Below are positions 58,321-64,000 of a DNA stretch of 64,000 nt, piece by piece. The notes under the pieces were generated by a model, which was given only the letters and a program-made list of their open reading frames with translations, had not been told where the DNA came from and ran no database searches. This stretch comes from Basidiobolus meristosporus CBS 931.73. Taxonomy: Eukaryota; Fungi; Basidiobolomycota. The stretch spans positions 94,670-158,669 of the forward strand of contig MCFE01000131.1 in NCBI GenBank assembly GCA_002104905.1, read 5' to 3'. Within the stretch, counting starts at the first letter, position 1, and the number at the start of each line of letters is the position of its first letter. Position numbers and translations under genes: made by a program.

Positions 58321-61300
58321 TGTCACTCTCTGCAATGTCTACTACTGCTATTACTGGAATTTTTCTCTCTGCTGAAAAGTTGGATGGATCTAACTACCAA
58401 GTGTGGAAGGTGAAGATGAAGATGCTGCTAGAAGAAAGAGGCCTTTGGGATATTGTCATGGGAGAAGAATGCCCTCCTAAAAACGTGGGAGAGGAAGCCT
58501 TAAAGTACCAGAAGAAAGAACAAATTGCCTTTAACTGCATTTGCCTTAATGTCAAGGACAAATTGCTAATTCAATGCTCAAGAGCAAAAACGGCAAAGAA
58601 TGCCTGGAAAGCATTGGAAGACACCTACCAGTCATGTTCAGCTGCCAAGAAAATGTACCTGAGACAAAAAATTCTTTACTACAAAGATGCTGCCAGGAGA
58701 AGAAATGAAAAATCTAATTAACAGAATTACCCTGCTGGTAGATGAGATGGAATCTGTGGGTGTACCAACTACTGATGGCGATGTGATAGTTACCATCCTG
58801 AATAGCCTGACTGACAAGTTTCAGGGCCTTGTATCAGCCGTAGAGTCCAGAACTGAAGATTTGACCTTAAATTATGTATATGGAAGGCTCCTGGATGAAG
58901 AATTAAGAAAATCAAGCGCCAATAAGAAGGAAGAAGAAAATGCTTTAATAAGCAATGATAACCAACAAAGGAGGTACCCAAGACCCTACAAAGGCAACAG
59001 CAACCTGTTTTGTAACTACTGTAAAAGGAAAGGACACACATCAGACCGGTGTCTCAAAAAGAAAGACAATCAGCAAAGGAAGCCTGAATATGGAAATGCT
59101 GCAACAACTGAAGATAGACTATTCATATCTGCACTAAATATGACCACAAACAAGGATTCTCAGATGTGGTATATTGACTCTGGAGCTTCTCAACACCTTA
59201 CACACCAAAAAGAACTTTTTACCCAATATCAAGAAATTCCAATTAAGAAGGTTTTCATGGGTGACAATAGAACACTTGATGCAGTGGGAGACGGAACTAT
59301 CCAAGTAAACCTTAGAAGCAGTGAAGGAAGCCATACACTGACCTTTAAAGAAGTACTTTATGTACCAGAAATAGCCAAGAACCTACTCTCTGTAAGCAAG
59401 GCCACAGCAGAAGGACTCAGTTTCAGTTTTGACAATTCTGGATGCAGGATCACTGATCAAAATGGTGCCCATATTGCTTTGGGCATCAGAGATCAAAATC
59501 TATACAAGATGACTTATATTTCATCATATCTGGAAGCCAATATAAGTAACTTAAATGAAGAAACACCAATGCTTTGGCACAGGAGATTTGGGCACATCAA
59601 TTTTGATTATTTGCGTAAAATGATCAAAGATCAGCTAATTTCTGGAGTGAAAATTGATCCCCCAGCTAATTTGGAGCACTGTGAAGCCTGCATATATGGG
59701 AAACAAGCCAGACAACTGTTCAAGAGCTCTGGGTTAATCAAAACTAAGAAAAAATTAGATCTAATTCACTCAGATCTGTGTGGACCTATGCAAAATTTAT
59801 CCTTAGGCGGGATGAAGTATTTAATCACTTTTATTGATGATTATACAAGATACACATGGGTCTACTTCATGGAGAGAAAGGAAGAAGCTCTGTCTAAGTT
59901 CAGGGAATTTAAAGCCATGGTGGAGAGAGAAACTGGTGAAAAAATTAAGAAAATACGCTTTGACAATGGTGGAGAATATACCTCAAAACTCTTCATCCAC
60001 TTCTGCAAAATTCATGGGATAAAGCAAGAGACTACTGTACCATACTCCCCACAGCAAAATGGAGTAGCAGAACAAGCTAACAGATCAATAATTGATATGG
60101 CAAGATCTATGATCCATGATCAAAAATTATCCTATGATTTTTGGGCAGAATCAGTTGCCACTGCTGTATACCTTAAAAATAGGAGTTATAACAGAATACT
60201 TTGTGATTCTACTCCATTTGAAGCATAGTATGGATACAGACCAAGTGCAGAACATCTAAGAATATTTGGGTGTACAGCATATGCCAAAAAACTGGCCAGA
60301 AATCAGTCAAAATTTGCGCCAAAAAGTATAAAATGCATATTTTTGGGCTATTGCAATGAGAGTAAGGCATAGAGACTCTACAATACCAAAGCAAGGAAGC
60401 TGATCAAGTCCAGGGATGTGCTGTTTGATGAAAATTCAAAATTTTCACAAAAAATGACATCAGATGATGACAAAAATCTGATCTCAAGTCCACCAATTGT
60501 CAGGATTGAATCAGAGCAAAACAATGAAAATTTTTTCACTCCAGAGGACTCTACAACCGTGGTTCAGCCAGAATCAGTGCCCAGGAATATCCCAGAAGTG
60601 ATCATTCCAGTATCAAATGCCCGGAGATCCAATTGTACAACAAATAGCCCAAATTACTATATTAATGAGGGTACAAACTTAGCCTATGCCTATTCAGTCC
60701 ATATTGATGAGCCCCAGACTGTAAAAGAGGCCCTAAGTAGCTCTCAGACAAAGTTTTGGAGATCTGCAATGACTGAGGAATATCAGGCCCTGATGGAAAA
60801 TCAAACTTGGGACTTAGTCAAATTACCAATCAACCAAAAATCAATTGGATGCAGATGGGTCTTCAAGACAAAGTACAAGGCTGATGGTACAACTGAAAGA
60901 TACAAGCAAGACTTGTAGCCAAAGGATACTCTCAAACAAAAGGACTTGACTATACTGAGACCTTTACACCAGTTGCCAAGTTTAATTCCATCAAATTAAT
61001 ATTGGCTATTGCAGCCAAATATAAGTTTTTTATTCATCAAATGGATGTAAAAACTGCATTTTTGAATGGAGAACTTGTTCAGGACGTGTATATGGACCAG
61101 CCTGATGGGTTTGTTGACCAAGATAACCCCCATTTGGTCTGCAAGCTTAAAAAATCACTATATGGTCTCAAACAATCACCAAGAGCCTGGAATTGCAAGA
61201 TATATTCTTATTTGGAATCTTTGAGTTTCAAAAGAAGTAATGCTGACTATAGTATATACTATAAGCCAGATAGAGCAAATCCAGTTCTATTAGCTCTATA

Positions 61301-61881
61301 TGTGGATGATCTTATTATAGCCGCCAATAACCTAGAAACATTGGAAGAGACTAAATCCAGCCTATCTAAGGAGTTCAGGATGTCTGATCTAGGAGAACTT
61401 AGTTACTACTTAGGGATTAAGTTCTCCATAGACAGAAGTACCCAGACTATTACCCTAAACCAATCCAAGTATATTCAAGATATACTAAAGAAGTACAAAA
61501 TGGAAGACTGTAAACTGGCAGCTACCCCAATGGAGACAAGCCTTACCTTGGTCAAAACTCAACCAAATCAAGAGAGCTTGGTACCATCTGAAAGCCCTGA
61601 CTTTCCTTATCAATCTATGGTCGGCAGTCTGATGTAAATCATGCTTGGAACACGTCCAGATATCTCATATTCAGTGAGAGTTGTCAGCCAACATAATCAG
61701 AACTATGGATCTGATCATATTGCAGCAGTTAAGCAGATTTTTAGATACCTAAAAGGAACTGCTGATATCTGCTTAAGATACACTTATAAGGATTCAGAAC
61801 AGGATCTTGTGGGATACTCTGATGCTGATTGAGGACAAAATTTGGAAGACAGAAGATCCACCACAGGATACACCTTTCTTT

Positions 61882-64000
61882 TGTTGTAAGAGTCTTGGAG
61901 ATATTGGAAGTGATTGGGAGAACAAGTAGATTATGTGGTTTTCACTTAATGATTTATTGAATGTAAAAGTAGTATTTATACTTTTACATGGTCTTGGCAT
62001 TACAAACACGTAGAATAGGTTAAGGAAGGTCCCAAGAACATGTGTGCAAAGTTTGGGGCTGTTTGGACAACTTTGAGAATTTTCATGTTCTGGGTACCTG
62101 GTATTTTGGTGAAAATATTCTAAGTAAATCCCGACAAGGAATTTGGTCAGTATTCTCTAGGATTTGAAGATGATGATCTAAGTGACTAAGTTAGGTGAAT
62201 ATTTAGGTGGAAAATACGAATTTTTACAACACTCCCACTCAGCTAAATGTTCATACTGACTAGTCCTAATTTTGACCTAAGATATTCAAACTTGTCTCTA
62301 GCTAATGGTTTGGTAAATATGTCTGCAATCATTTCATCTGTAGGACAGTAAACTAAGCTAACTAAGTTATTCTCTATAGCTTCACGTATGAAATGATGTC
62401 TAATATCTATGTGCTTGGTTCTAGCATGAAAAGTTGGATTTCTACCTAATTGTATACATCCTTGATTATCTTGAAATAAAGTAATAGGCGTTTTTTGACA
62501 TAGGCCTAAATCTGTAAAGAGCTTTCTTAACCACATTGCTTCTTTTGTAGCTTCACAGGCTGCCATATACTCTGCCTCTGTAGTAGAAAGTGCTACGGTT
62601 GGTTGCTTTCTTGAATTCCATGAAATGGCTCCTTTACAGTAAAGAAAGGTGTATCCTGTGGTGGATCTTCTGTCTTCTAAATTTCGTCCCCAATCAGCAT
62701 CAGAGTATCCCACAAGATCCTGTTCTGAATCCTTATAAGTGTATCTTAAACAGATATCAGCAGTTCCTTTTAGGTATCTAAAAATCCGCTTAACTGCTGC
62801 AATATGATCAGATCCATAATTCTGATTATGTTGGCTGACAACTCCCACTGAATATGAGATATCTGGACGTGTTCCAAGCATGATATACATCAGACTGCCG
62901 ACCATAGATTGATAAGGAAAGTCAGGGCTTTCAGATGGCACCAAGCTCTCTTGATTTGGTTGAGTTTTGACCAAGTTAAGGTTTGTCTCCATTGGGGTAG
63001 CTGCCGGTTTACAGTCTTCCATTTTGTACTTCTTTAGTATATCTTGAATATACTTGGATTGGCTTAGGGTAATAGTCTGGGTACTTCTGTCTATGGAGAA
63101 CTTAATCCCTAAGTAGTAACTAAGTTCTCCTAGATCGGACATCTTGAACTCCTTAGATAGGCTGGATTTAGTCTCTTCCAATGTTTCTAGGTTATTGGCG
63201 GCTATAATAAGATCATCCACATATAGAGCTAATAGAACTGGATTTGCTCTATCTGGCTTATAGTATATACTATAGTCAGCATTACTCCTTTTGAAACTCA
63301 AAGATTCCAAATAAGAATCTATCTTGCAATTCCAGGCTCTCGGTGATTGTTTGAGACCATATAGTGACTTTTTAAGCTTGCAGACCAAATGGGGGTTATC
63401 TTGGTCAACAAACCCATCAGGCTGGTCCATATACACGTCCTCATCAAGTTCTCCATTCAAAAATGCAGTTTTTACATCCATTTGATGAATAAAAAACTTA
63501 TATTTGGCTGCAATAGCCAATATTAATCTGATGGAATTAAACTTGGCTACCGGTGCAAAGGTCTCAGTATAGTCAAGTCCTTTTGTTTGAGAGTATCCTT
63601 TGGCTACAAGTCTTGCTTTGTATCTTTCAATTGTACCATCAGCCTTGTATTTTGTCTTGAAGACCCATCTGCATCCAATTGATTTTCGGTTGATTGGTAA
63701 TTTGACTAAGTCCCAAGTTTGATTTTCCATCAGTGGCCTGATATTCCTCAGTCATTGCAGATCTCCAAAACTTTGTCTGAGGGCTATTTAGGGCCTCTTT
63801 TACAGTCTGGGGTTCATCAACATGGACTGAATAGGCATAGGCTAAGTTTGTACCCTCATTGATATAGTAATTTGGGCTATTTCTTGTCCGATTGGATCTC
63901 CGGGCATTTGATACTGGAATGATCACTTCTGGGATATTCCTGGGCACTGATTCTGGCTGAACCACGGTTGTAGAGTCCTCTGGAGTGAAAAATTTTCATT
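61882..64000 (-). mobile_element. Ty1/copia copy 3 (inverted, nested in copy 2; 3' LTR 61882-62231; continues past the window end)
   Basis: Reverse-complement LTR, PPT at 62232-62240, uninterrupted RT-RNase H ORF 62243-63730, and one extra base near 63735 that shifts the upstream pol. It inserts within TACACCTTTCTTT|ACTG of copy 2. Confidence 0.97.

Larger units (their letters stand above)
57955..61881 (+). mobile_element. Ty1/copia copy 2 (5' LTR, PBS, gag-pol), interrupted at 61881; remainder beyond the window
   Basis: 5' LTR 57955-58303, PBS 58304-58320, gag (KLDGSNYQVWK), zinc knuckle CNYCKRKGHTSDRC, PR, IN, RT. Lesions: extra A in the run at 58666-58671, TAG 60226-60228, 1-bp deletion near 60905, TAA 61635-61637, TGA 61830-61832. 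Left flank is CTTAT. Confidence 0.97.

Noticed and set aside
1-64000. rRNA, canonical tRNA, snRNA or CRISPR arrays
   Set aside because: None recognised. The DNA is eukaryotic, and the only long repeats are retroelement-derived.

Overview
This is eukaryotic DNA from a fungus: introns are short (about 55-80 nt, GT..AG), and the gene set fits an early-diverging lineage, although the lineage is inference. A gene-containing core (about 8-54 kb) lies between two AT-rich, CpG-poor transposon blocks. The left block (1-7.1 kb) holds the 3' part of a Ty1/copia element, two solo LTRs with TSDs and eroded copies. The core holds a MATE transporter, an 812-aa basic low-complexity/RRM protein, an M28 leucine aminopeptidase with a nearby inverted partial duplicate, a PY-motif membrane protein, a cAMP-receptor-like GPCR, three tandem secreted Ser/Thr-rich GPI-like proteins, a chitin deacetylase, a 16-exon gamma-glutamyltranspeptidase that appears to need a 3-nt micro-exon, two divergent Msn2/4-like C2H2 paralogs, ATP synthase subunit e, MND1, a spliced AIG2-like gamma-glutamylcyclotransferase only partly visible in the ORF track, and RAD16. 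The right block (54.8-64 kb) holds the most unusual structure: five same-strand, directly abutting non-LTR units (LINE 3' ends plus one apparently full-length tRNA-derived SINE). They share a 3' AATAAA + stem-loop, and four end in a telomere-like CCCTAA tail. A copia copy interrupts this array, and a second, inverted copia interrupts that copy. All calls come from manual reading, splice-site inspection and motif recognition; no searches were run.
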